NCBI GenBank assembly: GCA_012728375.1
Contig: JAAYFF010000080.1
Coordinates: forward strand, 167-64,166
Source: Bacillota bacterium
GTDB lineage: Bacteria; Bacillota; Dethiobacteria; DTU022; UBA8154
Length of the DNA stretch: 64,000 bases
Direction: 5' to 3'
Numbering within the stretch: position 1 is the first letter of the stretch; every line of letters starts with the position of its first letter. Under the pieces are notes generated by a model that was not told where the DNA came from, searched no databases, and saw only the letters and a program-made list of their open reading frames with translations. The translations under genes were made by a program, and so were the position numbers. This document shows, piece by piece, positions 19,437 to 28,985 of this stretch.

Positions 19437-20699
19437 TTGCAGCAATGTCTTAGAATTTATGGAAAACAAAAAACAAGCGGTTCGATTAGGATCAACGGGG
19501 CAAAGAACTCGGCAGTGGCCATTCTGCCGGCATCACTGCTTACGGGCAAAACTGTGAAAATAGAAAACTTGCCGCGGATAACCGACATTGACAGGCTTAT
19601 AGAGATTCTTTCGGCTTTGGGTGCAAAAATATCTTTTTTAACAGAAACTTCTCTTGAGATCGACTTATCCGGTGTTAATTCATACAGCCCGCCGCCTGAG
19701 CTGGTAAACCAGCTTAGAGCTTCCTATTATTTAATGGGGAGTTTGCTGGGACGGTTTAAAAAGGTCAATATTCTAATGCCCGGAGGCTGCGATCTGGGGC
19801 CCCGCCCCATCGATCAGCATATTAAAGGTTTTACAGCCCTGGGGGCTGATGTGGAATTGGATAAAGGTGTTATGAAATTGCGAGCCAAAAAATTGAAAGG
19901 TGCGCATATATATTTAGATATAGTAAGCGTTGGGGCCACAATAAATATTATGCTGGCAGCCGTGCTGGCAGAGGGAAAAACCGTTATAGAAAATGTAGCC
20001 AAGGAACCCGAGATTGTCGATGTTGCCAATTTTTTGAACGCTATGGGAGCCAAAATAAGGGGGGCGGGGACGGATGTAATCAAGATCCAGGGCGTTAAAG
20101 AACTGGGCAGTGCAGAACATATCGTTATCCCTGACAGAATTGAAGCGGGTACGTTTTTGATTGCCGCTGCTGCTACCGGCGGAGAAGTGTTAGTTAAAGA
20201 CATTATTCCCAAACACCTCGATGCCATTATTGCCAAGCTGAAGGAAGTAGGAGTAAGCTTGGATATTGGGCTGGATTGGGCCCGGGTCAAAAGCTCCGGT
20301 TGTCTGAAGCCCTCCGATGTGAAGACATTTCCTTATCCCGGATTCCCAACGGATCTTCAGCCCCATATGATGGTTCTTCTGACCCGCTCCAGGGGAACCA
20401 GCCTGATAACGGAAAATGTTTTTGAAAGGCGTTTTAGGCATATTGATGAGCTAAAAAAGATGGGTGCCCGGATTAAGCTTGAAGGGCGCAGCGCTATTAT
20501 TGAGGGGGGACATGAACTAACCGGTGCCCGGCTTGAGGCCATGGATTTAAGGGGAGGCGCTTCATTTATTATTGCTGCTTTAATATCCAATGGGGAAACG
20601 GAAATCAGGGGCGTTGAGCATATTGACCGGGGCTACGAAAAGATCGAAGAGCGTTTTCGCCTGTTGGGGGTAAACATTGAACGTTTTTGTGAGCCTTAA
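19437..20699 (+). CDS. murA: UDP-N-acetylglucosamine 1-carboxyvinyltransferase (MurA paralogue)
   Basis: TTG start after AAGGGGG RBS. 'IRINGAKNSAVAILPASLL' and full-length EPSP-synthase-fold MurA. Confidence 0.88.
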   Translation: MQQCLRIYGKQKTSGSIRINGAKNSAVAILPASLLTGKTVKIENLPRITDIDRLIEILSALGAKISFLTETSLEIDLSGVNSYSPPPELVNQLRASYYLMGSLLGRFKKVNILMPGGCDLGPRPIDQHIKGFTALGADVELDKGVMKLRAKKLKGAHIYLDIVSVGATINIMLAAVLAEGKTVIENVAKEPEIVDVANFLNAMGAKIRGAGTDVIKIQGVKELGSAEHIVIPDRIEAGTFLIAAAATGGEVLVKDIIPKHLDAIIAKLKEVGVSLDIGLDWARVKSSGCLKPSDVKTFPYPGFPTDLQPHMMVLLTRSRGTSLITENVFERRFRHIDELKKMGARIKLEGRSAIIEGGHELTGARLEAMDLRGGASFIIAALISNGETEIRGVEHIDRGYEKIEERFRLLGVNIERFCEP

Positions 20700-20770
20700 C
20701 CTTGAATATGACTATTTCCTGGGAAATATGCTGTAGAATAAAGGTTAAAAATGGGGTGAAATGTCTAATT

Positions 20771-21445
20771 ATGGAACTCTGGCTTATCCGCCATGGTACC
20801 ACAAAAGCCAACCTGCAGGGGAGGCTGCAGGGGAGGCTTGATTTTCCCCTTGGCGATCAAGGGAAGAAAGAGGCCTATCTCCTGGGCAGGCGCCTCCATG
20901 AGCAGCGCTTTTCTTTTTTTTTCTGCAGTCCGCTTCAGCGGGCCCGGCAGACCGCATCTATTATTGCCGCGCAGGGCAGAACCCCGAAACCCATTTATAT
21001 AAGCCTCCTTGCCGAATACGATTGGGGAGTTATTCAGGGAATGACCAAAGCAGAAATCGGGAAACGCTATCCGGAGATTTTACAACGGCTGCAGCGAGAT
21101 TTCCATCATGCTATAATCCCGGGAGCTGAAGGAATGTCGGGATTGTTCTACAGGGTGCGGCTTTTTTATGCATTGCTCTCCAGAATTGCCGGAAAAAGGT
21201 CGGGACAAGAAAAAGTGAACCCCATCTTAATCGTCAGCCATGGCCGTTTTCTGCAGGCCTTTATTATTTATTTTTTAAAGTATAATTACAAAGAATTCTG
21301 GCCCTTTTCTCTCGCTCCGGCTTCCCTGACTATCCTGCAGGGAGATTTTCAAAGGACAAGAAGGCTGAGGCTCTTTAATGACACCTGCCATCTGTCCGGG
21401 ATGAGCCGGAACGTGGATGAGCAGAATGAAAACATGAAAATTTAA
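20771..21445 (+). CDS. Histidine phosphatase family protein (phosphoglycerate-mutase-like)
   Basis: 'LWLIRHGTTKAN' RHG catalytic motif. ATG 20771 preferred over ATG 20702. Confidence 0.6.
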   Translation: MELWLIRHGTTKANLQGRLQGRLDFPLGDQGKKEAYLLGRRLHEQRFSFFFCSPLQRARQTASIIAAQGRTPKPIYISLLAEYDWGVIQGMTKAEIGKRYPEILQRLQRDFHHAIIPGAEGMSGLFYRVRLFYALLSRIAGKRSGQEKVNPILIVSHGRFLQAFIIYFLKYNYKEFWPFSLAPASLTILQGDFQRTRRLRLFNDTCHLSGMSRNVDEQNENMKI

Positions 21446-21513
21446 GCCTGAAAACTAATTAAAGGGCTAAAGTCGGGAAAAAATGCCAAACTATTTATTG
21501 AGGAGGGGTGATT

Positions 21514-22692
21514 ATGGATAGTTTTTATAACGATTTCCCCGAGCGGAGTAAAAGGAAAACCCACTTCTGGAAAGGTGTTCTCCTCGGTTCCCTTGTGGGA
21601 GGCTTAATTGTAGCGACTGTTTTTTTCTATTTTGCCGGAACGCTTCTTTCCCGGGAATATACAGCTCCTCCGCTTACTCAGGATTCAGAAGAGAGAAACG
21701 GCAACGAGGAAAGTTACGTTCCTTTAGATATTTCCCCGCAGGCGATGGAATATTACCTGGCAGTGGTAAATGCTGCAGAAAGAGCAACTCCCCCTGTTGT
21801 GGGGATCAGCAATTTTGGGGTTGTTTACGATTTTTTTGGACGCGGCAGCCTGCAGCAAAGGTCCAGCGGTTCGGGAGTCATTATTCGCAGCGACGGTTAT
21901 ATTGTGACAAATTATCATGTCATTGAGAATTCCAGGGAACTTGTGGTGAGCCTGGGCTCCGGGGAGGAATTTCCGGCTACGGTAGTTGGAGCAGACCCGC
22001 CCACAGACCTTGCGGTAATCAAGATAGATAAAAAAGGGCTTCCTACGGCGAAAATGGCTGATTCAGACAAACTGCGCGTCGGTGAACCGGCTATTGCTAT
22101 CGGCAACCCTCTGGGGCTTGATTTTCAGCAATCAGTAACCAAGGGGGTTGTCAGCGCGCTGGAACGTTCAATTACCATTCAAGGACAGAATTTTAGTTTT
22201 ATCCAGACGGATGCGGCCATAAACGACGGCAACAGCGGGGGCGCACTGGTGAATATTAAAGGCGAATTAATCGGCATTAACACTGCCAAGATTAAAATTT
22301 CCGGGGTAGAGGGAATGGGGTTTGCTATTCCCAGCAATACGGTGAAACAGATCAGCAACACTCTCATTGAAAAGGGAAGGGTCGTAAGACCCTGGATAGG
22401 TGTTTATATCAGCACTCTGACTCCTTTTGACGCTCAGCGTTTCGGCCTCTCGGTACAAAGCGGCATTCTCGTTCAGGAGGTTGTCAAAGGCGGTCCTGCC
22501 GACAGAGCAGGAATTGTCTCCATGGATGTAATACTGGAGATCGAAGGAACAAAGCTGACCGATATTTCCCAGCTGCAACAGCTGCTGCAAAAATTTAGCG
22601 TTGGTGAGACTGTTGAGATTATTTTGGCCAGGGGTCAGGAAAAATTGGTTGTCCCGGTAACCCTGGATGAATTGCCTGAAAATATGGATTAG
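21514..22692 (+). CDS. htrA: HtrA-family serine protease with PDZ domain (YyxA/HtrC-like)
   Basis: N-terminal TM. Catalytic 'DAAINDGNSGGAL'. C-terminal PDZ. AGGAGG RBS 7 nt before the ATG at 21514. Confidence 0.85.
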   Translation: MDSFYNDFPERSKRKTHFWKGVLLGSLVGGLIVATVFFYFAGTLLSREYTAPPLTQDSEERNGNEESYVPLDISPQAMEYYLAVVNAAERATPPVVGISNFGVVYDFFGRGSLQQRSSGSGVIIRSDGYIVTNYHVIENSRELVVSLGSGEEFPATVVGADPPTDLAVIKIDKKGLPTAKMADSDKLRVGEPAIAIGNPLGLDFQQSVTKGVVSALERSITIQGQNFSFIQTDAAINDGNSGGALVNIKGELIGINTAKIKISGVEGMGFAIPSNTVKQISNTLIEKGRVVRPWIGVYISTLTPFDAQRFGLSVQSGILVQEVVKGGPADRAGIVSMDVILEIEGTKLTDISQLQQLLQKFSVGETVEIILARGQEKLVVPVTLDELPENMD

Positions 22693-22709
22693 CTTCGGAG
22701 AAATATGTC

Positions 22710-23639
22710 ATGTCGATTATTTTTCTTTTTATTGATGGGGTTGGCCTTGCTCCGGCAGGAGAAAACAACCCCTTTTCCATAGCCGCTACCCCCTGCTTAT
22801 CCGGCTTGCTGGAAGGAAAGAAGCTGACTTTGGAGGCTGCGGATAAGATATATGACAGGGCTGCGTTATTGTCGCTGGATGCTACTCTGGGGGTTGGAGG
22901 CCTTCCCCAGAGCGCAACCGGCCAGGCAACTCTTTTTACCGGGGTAAATGCAGCCCGCGTTTTGGGGTTTCACCTTCGCGGGTTTCCTGTTAACGTTAAG
23001 CTGCGCAAACTCCTTGCAGAAAAAGGAATGTTTAAACATTTTCTTGAACAAGGCCGGCGGTGTACTTTTGCCAATGCTTACAGGCCGGAATTTTTTCGAC
23101 ACTTTACCGGCAAAATAAGAAGGACTTACTCCTGCAGCACTCTGATTAATTACTATGCCGGCCTGTCTTTCCGGGGCCTGGAAGAGATGCTCGCCGGACA
23201 AGCAGTGTATATGGATATTACCAATGAAGTCCTGCAAAAAGCGGGTTATGATGTTCCCCTTATCTCCCCGCAGGAGGCAGGCAAAAGGCTGACAGCTATT
23301 TCCAGGGATTATGACCTGACTCTCTATGAACATTTTTTAACGGACCGGGCAGGCCATAGCAACGATTATGCGAGTGCAGAAAAAGTAATCCGCACTTTCG
23401 ATGCGTTCCTGGGGGAAATTGTAGAGACGATGGATGCGGAAAGGGATCTTTTGCTGGTGGTGAGCGATCACGGTAACCTTGAAGATCTTCGGACAAAAGA
23501 ACATACCCAAAATTCGGTGCCGGCCCTTATTGTTGGAAAGGGAAACGAGGAAATGGCCAAGGTTCTGCAAAAGAAAAAAGACCTGACCGGCATATTGCCT
23601 GCAATTGAAGCGTGGTTTGAGCAGAACCCTTATTTATAA
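22710..23639 (+). CDS. Metalloenzyme-superfamily phosphomutase-like protein (iPGM/phosphopentomutase-related)
   Basis: N-terminal 'IFLFIDGVGLA' and 'VVSDHGN' resemble the metal-binding motifs of the alkaline-phosphatase-core phosphomutases. Family assignment is approximate. Confidence 0.4.
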   Translation: MSIIFLFIDGVGLAPAGENNPFSIAATPCLSGLLEGKKLTLEAADKIYDRAALLSLDATLGVGGLPQSATGQATLFTGVNAARVLGFHLRGFPVNVKLRKLLAEKGMFKHFLEQGRRCTFANAYRPEFFRHFTGKIRRTYSCSTLINYYAGLSFRGLEEMLAGQAVYMDITNEVLQKAGYDVPLISPQEAGKRLTAISRDYDLTLYEHFLTDRAGHSNDYASAEKVIRTFDAFLGEIVETMDAERDLLLVVSDHGNLEDLRTKEHTQNSVPALIVGKGNEEMAKVLQKKKDLTGILPAIEAWFEQNPYL

Positions 23640-23662
23640 GAGAAGACGGGAGGTACGTTCAA

Positions 23663-24139
23663 ATTAATATTCGCATCATTGCCGTGGGGAAAATGAAGGA
23701 ACGCTTTTACAGGGAGGGCAGCGACTACTATTTGAAAAGGCTCGCTCCCTATGCCCGCCTTGAAGTTATTGAAGTACCGGAAGCTCCTCCCGGCCTGCAG
23801 GGCAGCCCTGAGGAACAAAAGGCCCTTGCCTATGAAGAAAAAGAAATAACCCGCCACATCCGTGAAGACGCTTATTTGATCGTTCTCGATGCCCAAGGGG
23901 AAACTCTGGACTCCCCGGCTCTGGCGTCCCGCCTTGCGAAGCTTCAGCTGGAAGGTAAAGTTAAGGCGGATTTTATTATCGGCGGGCCGGCAGGACTGGC
24001 TAAAGGCTTAAAAGAGCGCGCCCCCCTTTGCCTCTCCCTCTCCGCACTGACTTTTCCCCATCGCCTGGCACGAATAATCCTGCTGGAACAGCTCTACCGC
24101 AGCTTTAAAATTATCCGGGGCGAGCCGTATCATCGTTAA
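23663..24139 (+). CDS. rlmH: 23S rRNA (pseudouridine1915-N3)-methyltransferase RlmH; probable non-canonical ATT start at 23663
   Basis: SPOUT C-terminus 'LSALTFPHRLARIILLEQLYRSFKIIRGEPYHR'. Conserved N-terminal strand 'INIRIIAVGK' lies upstream of the first canonical start (GTG 23684). GGGAGG RBS sits 9 nt before the ATT. Confidence 0.8.
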   Translation: MNIRIIAVGKMKERFYREGSDYYLKRLAPYARLEVIEVPEAPPGLQGSPEEQKALAYEEKEITRHIREDAYLIVLDAQGETLDSPALASRLAKLQLEGKVKADFIIGGPAGLAKGLKERAPLCLSLSALTFPHRLARIILLEQLYRSFKIIRGEPYHR

Positions 24140-24219
24140 TGACTGTCTTCCAAAGGGAAGATTTGCCGAAAATTTTTCTTGAACATAGGCACATATATCG
24201 CCGGACTTGGAAAGTTTTC

Positions 24220-24249
24220 TTGAACTGCAGGGCACATTTAAGGTATAAT
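24220..24249 (+). promoter_or_regulatory. Candidate sigma-A promoter TTGAAC-N18-TATAAT upstream of the MFS transporter
   Basis: Seen in sequence. An 11-bp direct repeat TTTTCTTGAAC occurs at 24174 and 24215. Confidence 0.45.
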
Positions 24250-24339
24250 ATCTTGAGCAAATTTTTCGGTAATTTTAAAATTTAAAGCAAAAAAAATTTG
24301 TAAAAACAGGTTTAGAATAAAAAAGAAAGGGAGCGTACG

Positions 24340-25506
24340 TTGCAGAAACCCAAACTTTGGACATTTAATTTTATTTTAAGCTGCCTTGCACACTTCTCCA
24401 TGTATCTTGTATTTTTTAGTTATGCTCCTACCCTGCCGATTTATATTGAAAGATTCGGGGGAAGCAGCACTATTGCAGGACTGGCCATGGCCTCATTGAC
24501 CCTGGCCGCGGTTTTTTCCAGGCCTGTGGCCGGCCGGGCCCTGGATCAGTACGGCCGCAAACTGATTTTTTTAGGCGGTCTGCTGATTTTCCTTTTGCCT
24601 TCAATTATTTATGCCTTTATGGTTCCCGTTACCCTTTTAATTGGGCTCCGATTCATTCAAGGACTTGGGTGGGGAGTGGCCAACACATCTTCATGGACGG
24701 TTGCCTCGGATATTATTCCCCCGGCAAGGCTAGGGGAGGGCACGGGCTTTTTTAGTTCAACTTTAAGTATTGCCATGGCGGTGGCTCCTGCCATTGCCTT
24801 GTGGCTAATCGACCGGTATTCGTTCGAGGTTCTCTTCTGGGTATGCTCTATTTTAAGCATAATTTTAATTGTTTTGGCCTCGATGATTACATACCCTCAT
24901 ATTGAAAAGCAGGCGGTGAAGGCAAAAACAGCTTTCTTGGAGAAAACTGCCCTGCGGCCGGCCATGGCCATTCTTTTTATTGGTATAACGTACAGTTCAC
25001 AACTTTCTTTTATTTCCCTTTATACCATCCAGCAGGGAATGGTTTCAGCCGGGCTTTATTTCAGCGCGTTTGCCATAAGCACGCTTGTTTTCCGTCCCGT
25101 TTCGGGAATGATTATTGACAGGAAAGGGGAAAAGGGTTACGATTTGGTTGTTTTAACGGGAAGCCTGGCCATGATGGCCGCGATTTTGGTGTTGACAATC
25201 CTTGCCGCCCCCTTCCATTTGGTTGTGGGAGGAACCTTTTACGGCCTGGGGTTTGGATTTATTCAGCCAACGATTTTGGCCCAGTGTATTAGACGCGTTC
25301 CTTCAAGCAGAAGAGGCGCGGCTAATGCTACTTACTGGACTGCCTTTGATATCGGGGTGGCCTCCGGCTCAACAGGGTGGGGATTTGTTGCCAATGCTAC
25401 AGGCTTTAGCATGATGTTTCTCATTACCCTTATTCCGGTAGTAATTGCCCTGGCAATTTATTTTACCGGCAGAAGAAGCAATGCCGCAGCTTCTCTGAAT
25501 GTTTAA
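24340..25506 (+). CDS. MFS transporter
   Basis: 12-TM topology. MFS signature-like 'GRALDQYGRK' between TM2 and TM3. Confidence 0.8.
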   Translation: MQKPKLWTFNFILSCLAHFSMYLVFFSYAPTLPIYIERFGGSSTIAGLAMASLTLAAVFSRPVAGRALDQYGRKLIFLGGLLIFLLPSIIYAFMVPVTLLIGLRFIQGLGWGVANTSSWTVASDIIPPARLGEGTGFFSSTLSIAMAVAPAIALWLIDRYSFEVLFWVCSILSIILIVLASMITYPHIEKQAVKAKTAFLEKTALRPAMAILFIGITYSSQLSFISLYTIQQGMVSAGLYFSAFAISTLVFRPVSGMIIDRKGEKGYDLVVLTGSLAMMAAILVLTILAAPFHLVVGGTFYGLGFGFIQPTILAQCIRRVPSSRRGAANATYWTAFDIGVASGSTGWGFVANATGFSMMFLITLIPVVIALAIYFTGRRSNAAASLNV

Positions 25507-25546
25507 AGAGCTGTTTGGCAAGACAAAAGGATCAGGGTTTACTTAA

Positions 25547-26269
25547 ATGAAAAAAAATTGCTGGATTTTAATTTTTCTCATATTGGCCGCAAGCCTGCTG
25601 ACGGTTGCCTATTATTATATGCCCCTAATGCCGTCAGCCCTGTCGGCGATTTCCGTTGTTGACCGGAAGCAGAGCAGTTATGAAACGTACATGCTTAAGG
25701 GGGCTGAGCCCCGGCAGCTTATTTCCGCGTTGCAGGGTTCCGCAGAAAATGAATTGCCTAAAGATTTAATTGCTGCTTTTGATTTGACCCTGCACCGAAA
25801 ATTGGGGGCGCCAAGGTGTTATGAGGTATATGTGGCTTTAAGCAGGGAGGTATACCTGAAGGGTGTTGGAAGCGGTAAGCTTATCCGCTCAAAGGATGCT
25901 CATTTTTTTTATACCTGCGAAGCTTTCCAAGCACTTTATCCCTTTGGGCAAATGCCGGGTATCTGCATAACAGCCGGGGAAGAAGAAATAATTCCCCGGG
26001 TTGTTGAGCGCCGCTGGCAGATCCTTAAGTGGGACAATAACTGGCATGACGGTAGAATGCCGGTGTTGCCCGATATTTTTACAAGTCCGCCGGTGCTTGC
26101 TTCGACAGATAACCTGCTTGCTTTTAAGGTTGATCCCCCGCCTGACAGCGCCTTTCTGCGGGTAACAGATCCCTCGGGTAGAACCGTATTTGAAGGTACC
26201 CTGGAAAATGAACAGTTGCCCATTTTTCAGCGCAATGGTCTTTATGATTACCGGCTGAACCTCTGTTGA
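25547..26269 (+). CDS. Signal-anchored hypothetical protein; possibly the N-terminal part of a disrupted M23 peptidase gene
   Basis: N-terminal signal/TM 'WILIFLILAASLLTVAY'. Same frame as the next ORF and separated from it by a single TGA. Confidence 0.5.
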   Translation: MKKNCWILIFLILAASLLTVAYYYMPLMPSALSAISVVDRKQSSYETYMLKGAEPRQLISALQGSAENELPKDLIAAFDLTLHRKLGAPRCYEVYVALSREVYLKGVGSGKLIRSKDAHFFYTCEAFQALYPFGQMPGICITAGEEEIIPRVVERRWQILKWDNNWHDGRMPVLPDIFTSPPVLASTDNLLAFKVDPPPDSAFLRVTDPSGRTVFEGTLENEQLPIFQRNGLYDYRLNLC

Positions 26270-26323
26270 CAGGACGAAAACCAGCCTTACCGCGGCCGAT
26301 ACGAGGCTTCTTTTGGAGTCATT

Positions 26324-27151
26324 ATGGATCTGCCGCCGGTTTTTGAATTGCCGGAGAGAGTTGTGCAGGGAGAAATGGCTGTTTTTTACGCATATCATCT
26401 TCCGGAAGGGGTTATGCCTGTGCTGGAGGTGGATACGCAAGGCCGGTTAAAGTTTTTTCCCTTTGAAGACGGCTATGTAGCATACCTGCCTACCAATTAC
26501 GCTACTGGCACAGGCGAATACCGGCTGGCCTACGGCCTGGAAGGGGAGCCCCTTAACGAGAGTACTCTGACCGTATTGCCCCGGGATTTTCATATACAAC
26601 ATCTCAGGGTGAATGCCAGTATAGTAGCATCAACCCGCAATGAAGCCGCCTCTGAACAATTTGCCCGTTATTTCCCAAAGGCCCGCCAAACCAGCGCAGA
26701 TGAACGCTATTACAACCAGCCCTTTGTTTTGCCTGTCACAGGCCGGCTCACCACAGAGTTTGGTCAAACCCGTTATGTAAACAACGCCCCCACATCTTAT
26801 CGCCACTCGGGGCTGGACATTGCCGCCCCCGCCGGGACAAACGTCCTGGCTGTCAACAATGGGCAAGTGACCCTGTCAATGGAGTTGATTCTTACCGGTA
26901 ATACTGTAGTAATTGATCATGGGCAGGGGCTTTTTAGCGTTTACTATCACATGCAGGAGCTTTTTGTGGAGGAAGGACAATTTATAGAGAGGGGAGAGCC
27001 CGTGGGTACTGTCGGTTCTACCGGCTTTTCAACGGGGCCCCATCTACACTTTACCATGTCCTATTTTGAACACAATTTGGAGCCCGGATATTTTTTAGTC
27101 GGTGAACCCATTACGTACGAAAATGCGCATTATTTACTTCGCGGGAGGTAG
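26324..27151 (+). CDS. M23 metallopeptidase domain protein (no signal peptide of its own)
   Basis: 'RHSGLDIAAP' and 'HLHFTM' M23 motifs. Beta-rich N-domain. Confidence 0.7.
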   Translation: MDLPPVFELPERVVQGEMAVFYAYHLPEGVMPVLEVDTQGRLKFFPFEDGYVAYLPTNYATGTGEYRLAYGLEGEPLNESTLTVLPRDFHIQHLRVNASIVASTRNEAASEQFARYFPKARQTSADERYYNQPFVLPVTGRLTTEFGQTRYVNNAPTSYRHSGLDIAAPAGTNVLAVNNGQVTLSMELILTGNTVVIDHGQGLFSVYYHMQELFVEEGQFIERGEPVGTVGSTGFSTGPHLHFTMSYFEHNLEPGYFLVGEPITYENAHYLLRGR

Positions 27152-28108
27152 TGGGCTTTTTTTATAGCTGATCATATCTTTAAGTAAACAGCGTTCGCTT
27201 CTGTTTTCGCAGGAATCGAGGCAATAGAGGGTTGTGGAAATATATTTTTCTCCCCGATCGGGTATGATTGTAACAATAAGGCCCTCCTGAAGCGTTTTTG
27301 CCACTTCGACAGCGACATGGAAAGCTGCCCCGGCGCTCATGCCGGAGAAGATACCTTCTTCTCTGGCCAGGCGTTTGGCCATTGAAAAAGCGTCCTCATC
27401 GGAAATTCTAATTATTTCATCAAGGTAGGACGGGTCATATATTTCCGGAACAATGGCTTCTTCCATGTTTTTTAATCCTTGAATTTTATGATTTTTATGC
27501 GGTTCCACCCCGATGACTTTTATTTGCGGGTTAAATTCCTTCAGACGTTTGGAACAGCCCATCAAAGTTCCCGTTGTCCCCATTCCTGCTACAAAATGGG
27601 TAATCTTCCCGTCAGTTTGCTCCCATATTTCCACGGCGGTAGTTTCGTAGTGGGCCAGGGCGTTATAGGAATTGTTGAACTGGTTGGGCATAAAATAAAG
27701 GTCCGGGTTTTGGGCATAAAGTTCTTTTGCTTTTTCGATTGCTCCATCGGTACCCTTCTCTCCCGGTGTCAGGAGAATTTCCGCTCCTAAAGCCTCCATT
27801 ATCTTATAACGCTCTTCGCTCATCCATTCGGACATGGTAACCAGCAGGCGGTACCCTTTAACTGCAGCGACCATTGCCAGGCCGATTCCCGTATTGCCGC
27901 TTGTCGGCTCCAAAATAATTTTATCATGAGTAAGTTGGCCTGTTTTTTCCGCCATGGTAATCATGCAGTAGGCAATACGGTCTTTGATACTGCCTCCGGG
28001 ATTGGCCCCTTCAAGTTTTACGGCCATGGTTACCTTAGGATTGGGGTTTAGACGGTTAATTTTAACAAGCGGCGTATTGCCTATGGTTTCCAGCAGATTT
28101 TCAAACAC
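27134..28108 (-). CDS. cysK: Cysteine synthase (O-acetylserine sulfhydrylase, CysK/CysM family) with a Cys-rich C-terminal extension
   Basis: GTG start with GGGGGGTG RBS. PLP-lysine motif 'PGGSIKDR'. Fold-type II PLP enzyme. Confidence 0.85.
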   Translation of the reverse strand: MFENLLETIGNTPLVKINRLNPNPKVTMAVKLEGANPGGSIKDRIAYCMITMAEKTGQLTHDKIILEPTSGNTGIGLAMVAAVKGYRLLVTMSEWMSEERYKIMEALGAEILLTPGEKGTDGAIEKAKELYAQNPDLYFMPNQFNNSYNALAHYETTAVEIWEQTDGKITHFVAGMGTTGTLMGCSKRLKEFNPQIKVIGVEPHKNHKIQGLKNMEEAIVPEIYDPSYLDEIIRISDEDAFSMAKRLAREEGIFSGMSAGAAFHVAVEVAKTLQEGLIVTIIPDRGEKYISTTLYCLDSCENRSERCLLKDMISYKKSPLPPAK

Positions 28109-28360
28109 AGAAAGGCACCCCCCGGGTTATGAATAAGTCGCCTTGAGCTCATTATAGCATATTCTTTTTATATTCAATACGCTTTTTTTCCGAACTATTT
28201 CTTGAAGGTAATGTTGAATAGTTTTTTTCCTCCGGACGAAGGATTTATTCGCATGGTGTCAAATAATTAATGCTATGGTTTTTGAAATGGTATCAGCCGA
28301 GGTATAGGAAAGGAGGTGCCTGCCCTTGGAACTGTGCGCTAGCAGCTGAGGGCATGTAAT

Positions 28361-28978
28361 TTGATTCTGGAAAGGCTGGAAGTAGGCCCCTTTATGTCGA
28401 ATTGCTATCTTGTCGGGTGCCCGGAGACGCTCGAAGGGCTGGTTATTGATCCGGGTGCGGAAGGGAAGCGTATCATCAAAAGGATTGCAGATTTACGGCT
28501 CAAGATAAAATATATTATCAATACCCATGGACATATTGATCACATCGGAGCCAACAGTGAAGTTAAAGCTGCATTTCAAGTTTCTTTACTTGTTCATGCG
28601 GCAGATGCTCCCCTTTATCGGAGCCCCCAGGCAGGTATGTCTTTCTTTATGGGTTCCGGTAAAGTTCTGCCGCCGGATTATCTGCTTAAAGACAATGAAC
28701 AGCTACAGGTCGGAACGCTGTCCGTCAAGGTGCTGGAGACGCCGGGACATACGCCGGGAAGCATCAGTATGGAGATAGGTGGAGCCCTTTTTACAGGTGA
28801 CACGCTTTTTGCCGGCTCTATTGGTCGCACCGACCTCCCCGGGGGATCTTACCGGCAAATTATTGATAGCATTAAGAGCAAACTGCTGGTTTACCCGGAT
28901 AGTACCGAAATTTTCCCGGGCCATGGCCCGTCTTCCACAATTGGAGATGAGCGCCGCTATAATCCTTTTCTGACTTAA
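28361..28978 (+). CDS. MBL-fold metallo-hydrolase (glyoxalase II-like)
   Basis: 'THGHIDHIG' HxHxDH motif. Length 205 aa. Confidence 0.8.
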   Translation: MILERLEVGPFMSNCYLVGCPETLEGLVIDPGAEGKRIIKRIADLRLKIKYIINTHGHIDHIGANSEVKAAFQVSLLVHAADAPLYRSPQAGMSFFMGSGKVLPPDYLLKDNEQLQVGTLSVKVLETPGHTPGSISMEIGGALFTGDTLFAGSIGRTDLPGGSYRQIIDSIKSKLLVYPDSTEIFPGHGPSSTIGDERRYNPFLT

Positions 28979-28985
28979 AGAAAGA

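Noticed and set aside
19013-19453. 146-aa ORF overlapping the 3-prime end of yycI
   Set aside because: Alternative frame of a supported gene with no RBS or family resemblance. The many antisense ORFs inside walK, glpX, rho, lonC, atpB and others were rejected on the same grounds.
26264-26330. TGA at 26267 as a selenocysteine codon (Cys-Sec pair)
   Set aside because: No convincing SECIS-like hairpin lies immediately downstream, and a selenoprotein M23 peptidase has no precedent. Nonsense mutation or sequencing error is more parsimonious.
28109-28360. T-box or S-box leader for cysK
   Set aside because: No T-box core (AATTAGGGTGGNACCGCG) or SAM-I signature was seen on the cysK strand. The region is more likely an ordinary divergent promoter shared with the MBL gene.
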